A stretch of DNA of 64,000 nucleotides from the human T2T-CHM13v2.0 reference genome, Homo sapiens: NCBI RefSeq assembly GCF_009914755.1, contig NC_060935.1; one strand, written 5' to 3'. The notes under the pieces are model-generated. The model saw only the letters and a list, made by a program, of their open reading frames with translations, did no database searches and was not told the DNA's origin. The stretch's first letter is position 1. Every line of letters begins with the position of its first letter. Below, piece by piece: positions 1 through 17,621 of the stretch. The translations under genes and the position numbers were made by a program.

Positions 1-840
1 CAATTAAATAACAACTGCCCATTTTCAACTCCCACCATCCTCTGGAAACCACCATTCTGTTTTATTTCTCTGCGATTAAACTGTAAGTACCTTATTTTGT
101 GATTCATTTATTTTACTTAGTGTAATGTTCTCCGTGCTCATATATGTTGTAACGTGTCAGAATTACTTTTCTTTTTAAGGATAAATCATATTCAATTCTA
201 TATATGTACCACATTTTGCTTATCCATTCATTTTTCAATGGGAACTTGGGCTGCATCCATGTCCTAGCTCTTGTGATTAACACTGCCATGAACATGAGTG
301 TACAAATATCCTCTGAACTCCTGCTTTCACATCTTATAACTACATACCTAAAAGTGGAATTCCATAACTTTCTGTACCATTTTACCTCCTCACCAATAGT
401 TCAGAAGGCTTCCAATTTCTCCACAGTCTTTTCAACACCTATTTTATGTTTTTTTTCCTCTTGATAGCAGTCATTCTCATTGGTGTAAGGTGATTCCTGA
501 TTGTACTTTTGATTTGCCTTTCCCTAATGATTAATGATTTTGAATATCTTTTAATGTGCTTATTGGATATTTGTATTTATTTTTGGAGAAATGTTTATTC
601 AAATCCTTTGTCTATTTTTAAACCAGATTGTTTGTTTTACTGAGTTTTGAGTCCTCTATGTATTTTGATATTAACCCATTATCAGATATATGATTTGCAA
701 AACTAGTTTTCCCATTTTGTAGGGTGCCTTTTTACTCTGTTGATACTGTTTTAATATACAATTTAAAAAATGTTTATAAAGACCAAATTATCCATCTTTT
801 CTTTTGTTGCCTGTGCTGTTGATGTCATATTTTCTAATAC
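1..840 (-). mobile_element. Old L1 (L1MA/L1MB-type) ORF2 end and 3' region, cut by the window edge
   Basis: Minus ORF 113-295 resembles the L1 ORF2 C-terminus (EWISKMWYIY). Antisense L1 motifs such as ttttggagaaatgtttattcaaatcctttg are present. Confidence 0.85.
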
Positions 841-1385
841 ATTTTTATTTTCTTTTTATTCAATACTGGTGTTTTTGAGTCTACTGGAATTTTTTCTAGT
901 GTTAATAACATTAAGGTTATTAACCATCCCCAAATTTAGGAAACCCCCTTTTCCTTACACTTGCATTTTAATTTACATGCCATTTAACCCCTGCAATTGT
1001 GTGTTCTGCTTTCCTCCTTCTAGATTGTAAGTTTCTGGAACAATAGAAACTTATTCCCTAAAATCTATTTTATGTATTTATTTTAAAATGCCTAATATAT
1101 ATAAATGTCTTGATAAGTATTTATTAAGCAAATAAAACTTGTATATTTATTTATAGAAATAGAAAGTAAATCTTTGCTTAACATAAGTATTACTCATCAA
1201 TTCTCAGACATGAAGTAACACAAAACATTGTTTTGTAAGATCTAAGATAAAAATGCTGATGAAATAATTGCCTAATCATATTTTATTATTTAGGATTCAT
1301 TATCTACTTATATGTTTATATACAGTTGTATCATTTCTATGCAAATATGAAAAAGTAAAATATAAACAAAATCAGTTGTTTAAGG

Positions 1386-1603
1386 CAGGGTCCAGCAAAC
1401 ATTTTCTGTAATGAGTCATAGTAAATATACTTTGCTGTGCAACCATAATGTCTCCATCACAACTCCTCAAAACTGCCATTGTAAAACAAAAACAGCCATA
1501 GACAATATGTAAACCAATATATATGGCTGTGTTCAAGTAAACATCTATTTATTAAAACAAGTGGGAGGTGGATTTAGATCATGGACCATACTTAGCAAAC
1601 CCT
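1386..1603. mobile_element. MER58A-like hAT-Charlie MITE
   Basis: Starts cagggtccagcaaacattttctgtaa, contains cagccatagacaatatgtaaa and ends ...agcaaaccct; matches the recalled MER58A consensus. Confidence 0.8.
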
Positions 1604-1768
1604 TAAGTTAAAAAATTTTTTTCAACAATTACTTTCACATTCAAAATCTTCAGAATTATTATTTGGCTCAAAGCCATCAATGTCTGTATTTTCCATATAA
1701 TATCTTTTGGCCCATCAAAATATTTTTGATGCAGCAGTGTTGCAAAAAAATGATCCATATAGTCTACA

Positions 1769-2070
1769 GCAACACTGTGCAATAGAAATACAATGTGAGC
1801 TATGTGTGTAATTTTAAGTTTTCTTATTACTACATATAAAATTGTAAAACCGATGAGATTTATTTTTATAATATATTTTACTTAAGCAAATTTATTCAAT
1901 ATTTTATCATTTCAACGTGTAATATATATTAAAAAATTGTACTGAAATATTTATATTATTTTTACATACTATTATATACTGTATTTTGAAATTCTGTATT
2001 TTTAACTTACAACCTGTCTTAATTTATACTACCCACATTTTAAGTGCTCAGTACTCACTACTACACAGTA
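1769..2070. mobile_element. MER33-like hAT-Charlie DNA transposon
   Basis: caatagaaatacaatgtgagc...atcatttcaacgtgtaat...cacattttaagtgctcagta is typical of MER33. Confidence 0.75.
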
Positions 2071-2460
2071 TAAGTCTAAAAGATATTCTTCCAAGATCCT
2101 GATAAATCTTCTGCAAACTTTTGACGTTGTAGTTTTCTTTTCAAAGTATCCTATTGGAGGTTTTCAGAAACAAACAGTACTCCTATTTAAACTCATCATT
2201 CTTAAGTGCTTTGATTACTGAATTTTTGAGAGTACAATTGTTTGGTTTGGATATGCTATCAGGAATAAAAATTGTGATACTACAGCCATTTGGCTGACAG
2301 CTATTGTAAAATGTCGTTTATTAAAGAGATCTAATTTTTTTAATTCCACTTCTTAAAATTGATGTAATACTGTAATTAATTTACTCCCCCAAAGTAAATA
2401 ACTGTTATTTTAAATATCTCCTTTTAATTTTCTCTCAATATATATAACCTGTGCAAAAAT

Positions 2461-2510
2461 TGTGTGTGTGCACGCACATACATGTGCACGCATGTATGTG
2501 TTTGCATATA
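2461..2510. repeat. Alternating purine-pyrimidine tract (TG/CA/CG/TA)
   Basis: tgtgtgtgtgcacgcacatacatgtgcacgcatgtatgtgt read directly. Confidence 0.85.
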
Positions 2511-4792
2511 CGGATAAGAGAGAAAGAAGCAGAATAATAAAATTACTTTATGGTATAGATAGCTAGGATTAATAATTTGAAAAAAAGCACTAGTTTGCTC
2601 TTTCAAAAAGTGTGATTGTGATGCAATTATTTCCTTTTAATCACCGTTAACTATCACCAGTTATCTTTCTCTTCTGAATATCACTCTCCCATCCTAAAGA
2701 TACCTAAAACTGTAATTTTTGGATTATAGATAATCAGCAAAGATTATTTCCTGACACATAGGAATGATTGGATAAGTTAATTGCATGAAGTACAACTTCA
2801 TCCATAGAAAATCCTCTCACAAAACTTAAATTAAATGACCTAATTTAGAATTGAAGGGAGTTTCTGGAATGACAGCTTATGTATCAGCCAGAGGTATGTA
2901 GCAATCTTTTGCCAAACAGAAAACCCGAGTGTATGTTAATCAAATTGTAAGTTTATTCTCCTACTGAGATTCATGAGTTTGAAGGCTGATATATGCTGGA
3001 AGCCTCGGTAACCAGGCAGGCTTGAACGAGCATCAAGATTTCAGCTGTTGAATTTTTGTTGGTGCTGTATTTATTATAAGGTCTAAAGGAGGAGGAGAGA
3101 TGTTAATAAATATTTCTTTTGGTTCTGTCTGCTCAAGTAGGCCACTGGGCTTATCAAAGCATTTTTTTTTCTGTTTTATATTTGGACTCTTCTCCTTGTT
3201 ATCCAAAGCTTTTATTTTTGCTTGTGATTTGGTAAAATCCATGTAGTGCATACTTAAGATCCAACAACAAATTGTTTGAGAAGAAAAAACAGCTAATGTA
3301 TGTGTGAATGGAACAAGTTTTGAATGATGTTTAAATAATATCTGGTGTAGTGAGGGGTGTGTGTGTTTGTGTGTGTATTCAACTGTATTCAAAAAGTGTG
3401 TGTATCCAGATGTTAGGTCTTATACTGTGATTGTGATATGCTTCTGCATTTTTTCCCCCCTGTGGTCACTTACGTAAAGATGTGATTAACTAGGTGACTC
3501 TTTACTGAGAAAGAAGCATTTACAAATGAGGGGGTGGATGTACCCTGTAAAAATTATTATAAAACAGGAAGTATGATTGGGTTTGGTCCAGCACCTTCAA
3601 CCCATTGAGGGTGTTGTACCAAACTCAAATTTTCACAAAAGTTGTGGCTTCCGTCATGCCAGGAGTGGAAAGTGTGTCTTCACTTGGGCCCAGTGTCTTT
3701 AAGTATTTGGCAGTTGACACACTCAGACAACTCCTATCAATGGCTGCCACAAAAATCCAGATTTCCTGATGCCAGAGTTTAAGTTTATTGCACTGAAGAG
3801 GTTGATTCTAAATTTACCTCATGAGAAGGGAGACCAGCAGGAGAGTGGGTAAATACCAGTTCACTTGAATACAAACCCACTCACTAAATTTATCTAGCAA
3901 ATGCACCAGGCCTTCACATGCTCATAAAGTAATGCAAGAATAAGAGATTTAAATTTTTTCTTCTCTTACTTCTCTCTGACATGTTTTAATGTAATTTTTT
4001 CTCCTTTTTACATTAAAACCTCTCCCTAACTAGTGTGACATTTTAGAATTACCTCCGAGTTCCAATGCACAACAGATGACAACCCAGAAGAGAGCAACAT
4101 GGGTCAGTTGTTGCACTAAGAAGTGACCTTGCATGCTACATTTCCGTAGTAAAACACGTTTGAAGAAAATAGGAATATTAAACATCTTAAAAACCAGAGA
4201 GTATTAAAGATATTGATATTTTTGTCTGGCATCTTTGATTCCTCAGGTGCCTTTAAAAAATAATAAAAAGAGTGAAACACATGCTTCATGTGCCTGTCGT
4301 CGATTAAATTAACAAAAACGAAATGCTAAACAAACACTAAACTAAAATGCTGATTGGTTTGACCTTACTGTGATTCCGTTTATATAAATTAGAAATTGTG
4401 AATTGTAAAAATTATGCTGGCCATCTGGAATACTTTGTACTCAAACCTTATGTTATCTGTCTATGCCCTGCACTTGGATAAAGGAGTAAGAAAAAAGGGA
4501 AGTCATTAATTAAAACCCTTTAGGTTATGCTCAATTTATTTTTGTTAGAAGTCAGTATGATAGACATAAAGGGTAGACATGTTTACATACACTTCTCAAT
4601 GTAACTAAATATGGTGAAATACAATACTGAGACTCTTAGAAGTATACTATATGTTTTTTCTTAGTCTTTACCTTCATCTTATTAAGAAATAATATAGTCA
4701 TGATTGTATGCAAGTATGTAGGTAACCGATAACAGCGACAACAAAAATTCTATCTTATTCTCTTCTAAAATATTTCTTTTGTTTCTCAGAGG

Positions 4793-7784
<2,992 letters not shown>

Positions 7785-7839
7785 TGATTCCATGTCTTTG
7801 CTATTGTGAACAGTGCTGTGATGAATATACAAGTACTCA

Positions 7840-7975
7840 CTGCTAAAAATGTATGTGAGGTAATAAATAGATTGATTTAGCTATTCCAAAATGTATACAT
7901 ATATCAAAACAGCATGTTACACTCTATTAATATATAAAAATATCACTTGTCAAGTAAATATATGATAAAATAAGT
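7840..7975 (+). mobile_element. L1MA-type 3' terminal fragment
   Basis: tgtgaggtaat...attccaaaatgtatacatatatcaaaacagcatgtt...cttgtcaa resembles the L1MA 3' end. Confidence 0.7.
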
Positions 7976-10693
7976 GAATTAATACAAAATTAAACCTGGC
8001 CTAATGTAGAGGAGTTTATTTAGTGATAATTGTATTCTTTCAGTGGTAACTATCATTGCATTTGCAAATTAAAATATTTAAGCTGGGATTTAACTCCTTG
8101 CTTGAACTTAAGTTCCACAAATGAAAGAGAAATTCTACTGAATCAAGAAAAACATCGAAAAGCACTAAGAGTCTACCACTTCCCAAAGTAAATCTACATA
8201 CGGTAGCACTTGTGTTAATATTTATTTTCACATGCTTCTTTGTCCTTGGCTCCGTATTCTTATCTAGATATAAATTCTGATCCTTCCAGGAATTTTTCTT
8301 CTATTTAAGTTTTCTCTTTACATTGAGTTCTCAAACTTCCGTGCAGCTTCTCATTTAGTCAATGCTTTGGTCATTTTACCTTCAGTTTCTTTAGGCAAGA
8401 ACTCTTGGAATCATACCTAAATCTTACCCTAATAGAACTCTAATTCTGTTTTTTCTTCTGCAAAACCAAAAAAGCTCTAGTCCCACCTGAAGCTTTCATT
8501 AGGCGTTGGGAGAGAAGTTTTGATTTTTAAGATTTCCAAGATGCATTGAAGGAAACGTAAAACACTACTTGGAAAATACATAATTCCTCCAACTCCTGAA
8601 TAAATTAAATTGAGCATTAGAGAGAGTGAGAATGTTTATTATGTGCAAATATGACTAAAAGTTTTATTTTATAAACAGACCTCCTATGATTATAATGCAA
8701 AATATGTCTTCATGTAAGTCTACTTATTGGAAAACATTCTTTTTTAATTCAATATTTTCATATAAGCTGTCTATTAAACAAGAGAACTTCTGTCATGCCA
8801 GGGAGCTCTTTTTCTCTGGACTCCTATTTGCCATGTTTTCATGACTCTCATTCATAATAACTAACTAAAGAAATTAAGACTTTTAAGTTTTTATTCCATT
8901 TTATTACCTAAATCATTCTGAATTTTAACAAGAGATTTTAGTACCTTATATTTAAAACATAGAATGTTAGGTTATTATTATGCTTAATAAAATATAAGAG
9001 CAATTCTATTTCCCAAACCAGTTTTAACCTTTACATTGTTCATTCAGGCTAGCTATACAGTTGGACACAAACTTTTCAACTGCAAATACATGATTGTTAA
9101 ACTAAGCTTATACAATTCAATGTTGTGGTCTATGATTGGAGGATTCACTTCCTTTTGTCCTTGACATTTGTACCTTAACAATCTCTGATTTTAAAATATG
9201 ACCTTATTCACTTTCATATTTTCCTGATTCTACTGTATTGCGATGGGTATTGAATTACAAAGAGGAGAAAGCATGGAAGGGACCTAAACGAATCTACAAC
9301 ACATTTCTTTCATGCAACCATGACTAGGCCTTAGGGAAGTACCATTACTTTTAAATTAATCTCTAGTTAGTTTGCTAAAACAGTCTTTAGAGTAACTGGG
9401 ACATAACATCCATATTGTCCTAACTCTACTACTTTAAATCTCCATAGATTCCCTCATTGCAAAGTTTATGGAGAGGATAGAAGCCATCTAAAACAAATTT
9501 CTACAATGTCTAACTTACCATATTATTTTATTCACTCTCTCTTCTTTCTCTTTTCTAGCCTTATTCTCCAAACTTTTAAAAAACTATTTTGCATTCACTG
9601 TCTACACTTACAAATCACCTAAGTCACAAAATATATAGTAGTCAAGCTTTTGCTTTCATCATTTTTGAAATTTCTTTGTGGAAATTCCTGAATCTGATTT
9701 TTATTTCTTTTTCCAAGTCATTTTCTATTAACATTGCCAGATTGATTTTCTGAAAATATGCAACAGAGTATATCACTACTTATCTTAAAAGCTTCAAAGT
9801 CTTGGACTTTGTTTCTGGCACAATCAGAAATCAAATATTGTAAAATGTACTGGATAGAAAAAACATTAAAATGTTGGAACAAATATTGTAACAATTTCTT
9901 TAATTCTGTGGATGAACTGACAAGAGGGAAACTCTTTTGAAACTGAAAGACTTAATAGAAACACAAGACAGCAGACATTAGACTCAATAATACTTCACCA
10001 ATAGCCTGGAACTTCAGTTTTAATGGCCTCAAGACCTAAGGCGTTTTAGAGATAAAGCCTTGCATCTACACAGTGCAATACATCTGATTTAGACCAAAAA
10101 GGTCAGTTCCTTGACTATTTTCATACTCAGAGAAAAGAGAAACAAAGAAACAAAGAAAAATAAAATATGTTTGTTTTAGATGGGACTGGGTGGGTAGGGA
10201 AAATTATGAAAGGTTATTTTAGGAATTTGAATAATAAGATGTGTCTCACATTAGTTTGGGGATGCAATTCACTCGATTTTCATGTTCTGAGAAAGTAAAA
10301 CTAGCCAAAAGTCTATAATTTTATGCAAATTAGACCTGTTTTGGTGGTGCCTTCAAACACGGCAACTGAAATAGACATAAACTCCAATCGTAGAAAAACA
10401 AAGAAAAAACTAAAACAACAACAACAACGAAAATTCAATTGAGCCTCAAAAATTTGTCAGATAAACTTAGGACAAACTAGACTCCACAATAAATTAATAA
10501 TGCAAAAAGAGAAAGCAAAATATGCATGGATCATAACAAGAGCAGGCACAATTTAAAAAACTGGAATGAGATCCATAAAAAAATTAAAATTTTGAAGTAT
10601 TATACCAGATCTAGTGCAAATGTTTCTGACCAAGAAAAAAAAAAGTAGAAGGAATCAAAATCACAAGTAAGGAGAAAAGCCTGCCAAAAGGTC

Positions 10694-10695
<2 letters not shown>

Positions 10696-10737
<42 letters not shown>
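10696..10737. repeat. (AT)21 microsatellite
   Basis: Direct count. Confidence 0.97.
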
Positions 10738-10741
<4 letters not shown>

Positions 10742-10771
10742 ATTTAAAAAAGGGAACCTGCAAAACATTTA

Positions 10772-12289
10772 TTTATTGTTTTATCTTTGTTTTTTTAATA
10801 TATATATTTTTTATTATACTTTAAATTCTAGGGTACATGTGCACAACGTGCAGGTTTGTTACATATGTATACATGTGCCATGTTGGTGTGCTGCACCCAT
10901 TAACTCGTCATTTACATTAGGCATATCTCCTGATGCTATCCCTCCCCCCTCCCCCCACCCCACAACAGGTCCCACTGTGTGATGTTCCCCTTCCTGCGTC
11001 CAAGTGTTCTCATTGTTCAATTCCCACCTATGAGTGAGAACATGCGGTGTTTGGTATTTTGTCCTTGCGATAGTTTGCTGAGAATGATGGTTTCCAGCTT
11101 CATCCATGTCCCTACAAAGGACATGAACTCATCATTTTTTATGGCTGCACAGTATTCCATGGTGAATATGTGCCACATTTTCTTAATCCAGTCTATCATT
11201 GTTGGACATTTGGGTTAGTTCCAAGTCTTTGCTATTGTGAATAGTGCCGCAATAAACATACATGTGCATGTGTCTTTATAGCAGCATGATTTATAATCCT
11301 TTGGGTATATACCCAGTAATGGGATGGCTGGGTCAGATGGTATTTCTAGTTCCAAATCCTTGAGGAATCGCCACACTGTCTTCCACAATGGTTGAACTAG
11401 TTTACAGTCCCACCAACAGTGTAAAAGTGTTCCTATTTCTCCACATCCTCTCCAGTACCTGTTGTTACCTAACTTTTTAATGATTGCCATTCTAACTGGT
11501 GTGAGATGGTATCTCATTGTGGTTTTGATTTGCATTTCTCTGATGGCCAGTGATGATGAGCATTTTTTCATGTGTCTTTTGGCTGCATAAATGTCTTCTT
11601 TTGAGAAGCATCTGTTCATATCCTTTGCCCACTTCTTGATGTCGTTGTTTGTTTTTTTCTTGTAAATTTGTTTGAGTTCTTTGTAGATTCTGGATATTAG
11701 CTCTTTGTCAGATAAGTAGATTGCAAAAATTTTCTCCCATTCTGTAGGTTGCCTGTTCGCTCTGACAGTAGTTTCTTTGCTGTGCAGAAGCTCTTTAGTT
11801 TAATTAGATCCCCCAATTTTGGCTTTTGTTGCCACTGCTTTTGGTGTTGTAGACATGAAGTCCTTGCCCATGCCTATGTCCTGAATGATATTGCCTAGGT
11901 TTTCTTCTAGGGTTTTTATGGTTTTATGTCTAACATTTAAGTCTTTAATCCATCTTGAATTAATTTTTGTAAAAGGTGTAAGGAAGGGATCCAGTTTCAG
12001 CTTTCTACCTATGGCTAGCAAGTTCTCCCAGCACCATTTGTTAAATAGGGAATCCTTTCCCCAAGTCTTGTTTTTGTCAGGTTTGTCAAAGATCAGATGG
12101 TTATAGATGTGTGATATTATTTCTGAGGGCTCTGTTTTGTTCCATTGGTCTATATCTCTGTTTTGGTACCGGTACCATGCTGTTTTGGTTACTGTAGCCT
12201 TATAGTATAGTTTGAAGTCAGGTAGCGTGATGCCTCCAGCTTTGTTCTTTTGGCTTAGGATTGACTTGGTGATGTGGGCTCTTTTTTGT
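10772..12289 (-). mobile_element. 5'-truncated young L1PA (about L1PA4), ~1.5 kb, with TSD
   Basis: Near-consensus ORF2 C-terminus ([31 protein letters not shown]...) and L1PA 3' UTR. TSD gaacctgcaaaacattta (10754-10771) / gaacttgcgaaacattta (12290-12307). Confidence 0.96.
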
Positions 12290-13335
12290 GAACTTGCGAA
12301 ACATTTAAGGAGAGAAAATCAAAATTATAATTAATGTCTAATACTTATTAAATGGAAGGTGATATACAGCTGAATAGAAAAGGGGTTAACTGAATGTTGT
12401 TTCTGAAGAAATTATGCAGAATTCAGTACAATGTGACAAAGACATAAAATATGAAGGTGAAGTTAAGAGACATGGATCATAGAGTGAGAAGGTAAAATAA
12501 ATGTTATGGAGTTTCATTTCAAAAAAGGTAAATTAAGGACATGGTTTTTTGATGTTTTATTTGTTTTGAACAAAAAAAGCATATATACATATATAGGCTC
12601 AGGGAGCAAAATCATTCTGATCAGGAAATATAATAAGAAATCTATACCTAGGTTATCATTAGACAACTCAGAATATCAAAAACAAAGAGAATATTTTAAT
12701 AGGAGCCAGAGGGAAAAAATTTACCTATAAAGCAATAACAGCAAATAGGTAGATGATCTCTCAATGCACTATTTTAAAATTATGAGAGAAATACACTGTT
12801 AAATTAAATGGCAATCCAACAAAGTAGCTTTCAATTTTTAGGATGAAATAGTGCAATTATCAAAAAACTAAAACAGAAAAAGTTTAACATGCAGAAATCC
12901 ATTTAAGTCACTTGAAAGCATATACTTCCATCAAGCAGAAACGTTTCTCCAGAAAGAAAGACTTAGAGGTAAGACAAAGAGCTGCACGAGAGTGGTAAAC
13001 GTGTGGACAAATCTAAACAAATATTGGCCTTATGAAACAATAATTATAACTGTCAGCACATTACTGTTATATATAACTTATCTATTATTGCTTAACTAAT
13101 CACTGTAAAATGAGATGATTGAAACAAATTTTGACATACAAATAGTAACAAAAACGCAGTCTTAATTTTATAATTTAATAGCATTAGCAGGCTGAATTAA
13201 ATGTTAAAATTTCAATTATGTTTTGTTTAGAACATACATATTTAAACATAAAGACACAGAAAGTAGATATAAGCTGGAGAATAAAATTATAGCAGTTAAT
13301 TTCTAAGCAAATTAATAAAAACAGTTGGCACCAAT

Positions 13336-13624
13336 GCACTTTGGGAGGCTGAGGCGGGTGGATCACAAGGTCAGGACATCGAGACCATCTGGGCTAACAC
13401 AGTGAAACCCTGTCTCTACTTAAAAATAAATAAATTTTAAAAATACAAAAAATTAGCCAGGCATGGTGGCAGGCACCTGTAGTCCCAGCTACTTGGGAGG
13501 CTGAGGCAGGAGAATGGCGAATGGCGTGAACCCGGGAAGCGGAGCTTGCAGTGAGCCGAGACCGTGCCACTGCACTCCAGCCTGGGCAATAGAGCGAGAC
13601 TCTGTCTCAAAAAAAAGGAAAAAG
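13336..13624 (+). mobile_element. AluY-like, missing about 30 nt at the 5' end
   Basis: gcactttgggagg...gaatggcgtgaacccgggaagcggagcttgcag...poly-A; expanded middle A-rich linker. Confidence 0.96.
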
Positions 13625-13688
13625 GACACTGAATTAAAGGTGGTCATTGCCCCCTTCACCAGGAGTAGATGTTAATTCTAAATGTAGT

Positions 13689-14472
13689 TGAAACAGGATA
13701 GTTCCCTTGACCCCTACGTGGTACTCGTGATGGGGTTGGCTCATTTACTTAGCCCACAGCTTTCAAATCCTTGCAGGAGCGGGAGCATGCCGGTGAGTGG
13801 GTGCAGAGGCCAGGACAAGCACTTCTGCGCAACCATCAGGAGCAGAACTTTGTTCAGGCCCATGGCAGCATCTGGGAGTTGCCCACCACCCTTGGAGCCC
13901 CAGAGGGCATGTGTTTCAGTGCACTCTTTTAGCTTTGACATCCATGGACAGCTTAAGGGTTCAACAGCTCAGTGGAGGGTCAGTGTGACAGCCTCTTGCA
14001 CCCGCACCCAGGTCCTCATCTAGCATCTGGGAGGAATGAGGTTGCACGAACAAACTGAAGGGTGGTGAATGCAGACTATTTTATTGAGTGGTGGAAGTGG
14101 CTCTCAGCAGTATCGTGAGCTGGAAAGGGGATGGAGTGTGAAGGTGGTCTTCCCTGGAGTTTGGCCATGCCTGGCTGAACTCTTCTCTGACCATCGTCAC
14201 TGATGTGTCCAGCTGCTTAATCTCACTGTTCAGATGCTTCTTTTCTTCTCTCCTTCTCTGCCGCACCAACCCACTGACAGTGGAGCTTGGGGTTTTCATG
14301 GTTTCAGGATGGGGTTGGATGAGACAGGGGAGTGTTGGAAAAGGCAACATTCAGGTGGGAAAACAGGAATACATGTTCCCCCTTTGGGCCGCGTGTCCAG
14401 GCTTGAGAGCGGGGCTTCACCAGAGACCCTGCCCTCTTCTACACAGTATTTCCCTGCCTACTGTCCATATCA
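13689..14472 (-). mobile_element. ERV1 solo LTR (MER52/LTR27/LTR28-like), complete
   Basis: TG...CA termini, perfect 4-bp TSD TAGT (13685-13688 and 14473-14476), minus-strand AATAAA near 14080, GC-rich. Confidence 0.88.
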
Positions 14473-15246
14473 TAGTGACACACATTTTAATAATAAACAA
14501 AATTGATATGAATACAGGTCAAAATTCAGGAGCACATAATATAATTAAGAGTGTTCCTATTCCTCTCTTAGATAAGTCAGGTATAAAATCAGTAGAGACA
14601 TAGAAGCTTTGAAAAGCACAATTAACAAAAGTCACCCAAGACAGTGCTACTTAAAGTAGCCAGGCTACCAACTATTTGTAATATGAGGTGAGAAATGAAA
14701 CACATCAGAACCAATCAATGTATTGTTCTTGATATAAAAAAGAAAAAATGTTTTGTGAACTGTACTTACTTTGTCACATATGGACAAATTTTTAGTCTGG
14801 TACTTTTTGGCTGACCACAGGTTGATCATCACTTTTCTGAGAGATATGCATATATCGTTCTATATCCAAGAATTAATCAATATATATATCATTTTTAGCT
14901 TTACACTTGCCAAAATTGATCATCCAAAATGTAATAATATAACAAATTTTAAGCGACTGATATCACACTGACCAATTTCTCATGCTATAATGCAATTTAG
15001 GATCCCATAAGACAGAGATAACAAAACATAACTCATATATTTAAAAGTTGAAAAATATATTTATAATGATATGTTAGCAAAAAGAAATAAGAATTTAGAA
15101 AAGACTGAAAATAATCCTGAAAATATCATATGTGAAAACTTAAAGGCTACTTACAGAAAACTTTTTCACTTCATTTGGTTAATAATAAAAATATTTTACA
15201 TGAAAACTTGTAAGATATTTAAATTTTTTATTTTGATTATTATTAA

Positions 15247-15712
<466 letters not shown>

Positions 15713-16595
15713 TGACTCCTAACTTTAAATTGTATACAGTAGTAACTAATAAAGGCTGAAAGCCATTAAGCTAAATGTCCGTAAGAAGAAATTATCCAAA
15801 ACAATTAAAACTAAAAAAGTATGAGAAATGAAGTAATATACAAGCATATATTACTGACCTCATAAATAATACCATTCCCCAAAATAAATATCAAACTATA
15901 GAGGGCTTGTTAAAAAACTCTTAATATTGGAAAACTTGTGCAATGATGAGAAAAAGAAGGAAGATGACATAGATTAAACATGTTATGACTAAACAAAGAT
16001 GAATAGATTATATCAGATTTTAAAAAATAAGAAGCTACTATGAATCATTTTAAACTTTTGTATTTGAAGGTGACAAAGTGGAAAACTTTTAGAATAATAA
16101 ATAGTATCAAAAGTAATTAAAAGAGATTAAAGGAATTAAAATAATATTATACCCAGTATGATATGCAACCAATAATCAAATATATTTCTACAAAAAAACA
16201 CGAAAAATGTATAACAATGTACTATGCATTCAATGGAATTCTGCTGAGAACACATGACTAATTCAATATTTAAATTTATGTATATTCACCATATTATTAA
16301 AATAGAGAGGAAAAAACATGATCAACTCCATAGATTCAGAATGATCATTTGATAAATTTAAGCCACTAATTGTAGACATAATTCTAAATTTAGGACTAGA
16401 AGGGGACTCTCTTAAATTTTATTAAAGGAGAGTTATCAAAAGTTGCAAGGAGTGTATGTTTTCATGGTGAAACATTTAAAACTTTACTTAAAACTCAGGA
16501 AATATACAATATTGTGATGTGCACTGGACTTTTTAATTAAATATTAGCAGAGTTAAAATTAATATGGATTTGCAAGGCAAAAAAGAATATTTTTT

Positions 16596-17132
16596 GATCA
16601 TAGGCCTCTATGATTATGCCTATATGATTATATGCCAGATGATTATTTTTAAATAAAAAGAGCTATATTATTATATTAATCAATAAGATATTTTATACAA
16701 TTGAAAGTTATAAATTCCACATTTCAAAGGTCATTTCTATCATTGAAACAAATACTTTTGAAAAGTAATTTTTTAAAATATATGTAATATAATAGTAATG
16801 GAATGTAAATTATAATGAAGATGTATTGCCTATGATTATATGCCTTTATGATTTTTTAATAAAAATATGAACTATATTATTATTGTAATCAATAAGATGT
16901 TTTATACAAGTGAAAGTTATGATTTCCAGATCATATGCCTATGATTATGTTTTCAATAAAAATAAGAGCTATATTATAATTTTAATCGGTAAGATATTTT
17001 ATACAGTTAAAAGTTATGAATTCCGTACTTCAAGAGTCATTTCTCTCCTTGAAACAAATACTTTTGAAAAGTAATTTTTAAAAATATATGTAATGTAATT
17101 GTAATAGAATGTAAATTATAATGAAGATGTAT
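16596..17132 (+). repeat. Diverged local tandem repeat: ~210-bp unit, ~100-bp partial unit, ~205-bp unit
   Basis: ttgaaacaaatacttttgaaaagtaatt...gaatgtaaattataatgaagatgtat occurs twice; the taagat(a/g)ttttataca...aaagttat block occurs three times. Confidence 0.9.
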
Positions 17133-17276
17133 AGGAGAAATTCTAAATTTATATTTAAAACTGTGAATGAGAACCTTAAGGTTGGTGAAAAATTATACTG
17201 TTTTCATGAAAACTCAAAATTATGAAGATGTCACTCTTTTGTGAACCACTCAGTCTTCACTGGGGTCTTGCATATA

Positions 17277-17621
17277 CAATCATGCATTGCTTAACAGTGG
17301 GGACACATTTTGAGAAATACATCATTAGGCAATTTCATCTTTGTGTGAACATCATAGAGTGTACTTACACAAAACTAGGTGGCATAGCCCACTACCCACC
17401 TAAGCTATGTGGTGTAGCCTATTGTTCCTAGGCTACAGACTTGTATAGCACAGGACTGTACTGAATGCTGTAGGCCATTGTAACATATTGGAAAGTATTT
17501 ATGTATGTAAACATATCAAAACATAGAAAAAGTACAGTAAAAATAAGGTAATATCATCTTATGGGACTACTATCATATATGTAGTCCATTATTGACCAAA
17601 ATATTGTGTGGTACATGATTG
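17277..17621. mobile_element. Tigger3a (MER7A)-like TcMar MITE
   Basis: Terminal inverted repeats caatcatg / catgattg flanked by TA; internal tgtgtgaacatcatagagtgtacttacacaaa. Confidence 0.9.

Noticed and set aside
3033-3392. 119-aa minus-strand ORF
   Set aside because: The annotated start is not ATG, it begins in a TG-rich tract, and it has no domain similarity.
4030-4110. Possible coding exon or hairpin
   Set aside because: Weak donor, no recognisable protein similarity in any frame, and only an imperfect stem.
13688-14603. Cluster of overlapping ORFs in GC-rich sequence
   Set aside because: They start within a solo LTR, show no gag/pol/env motifs, and are explained by low stop-codon frequency.
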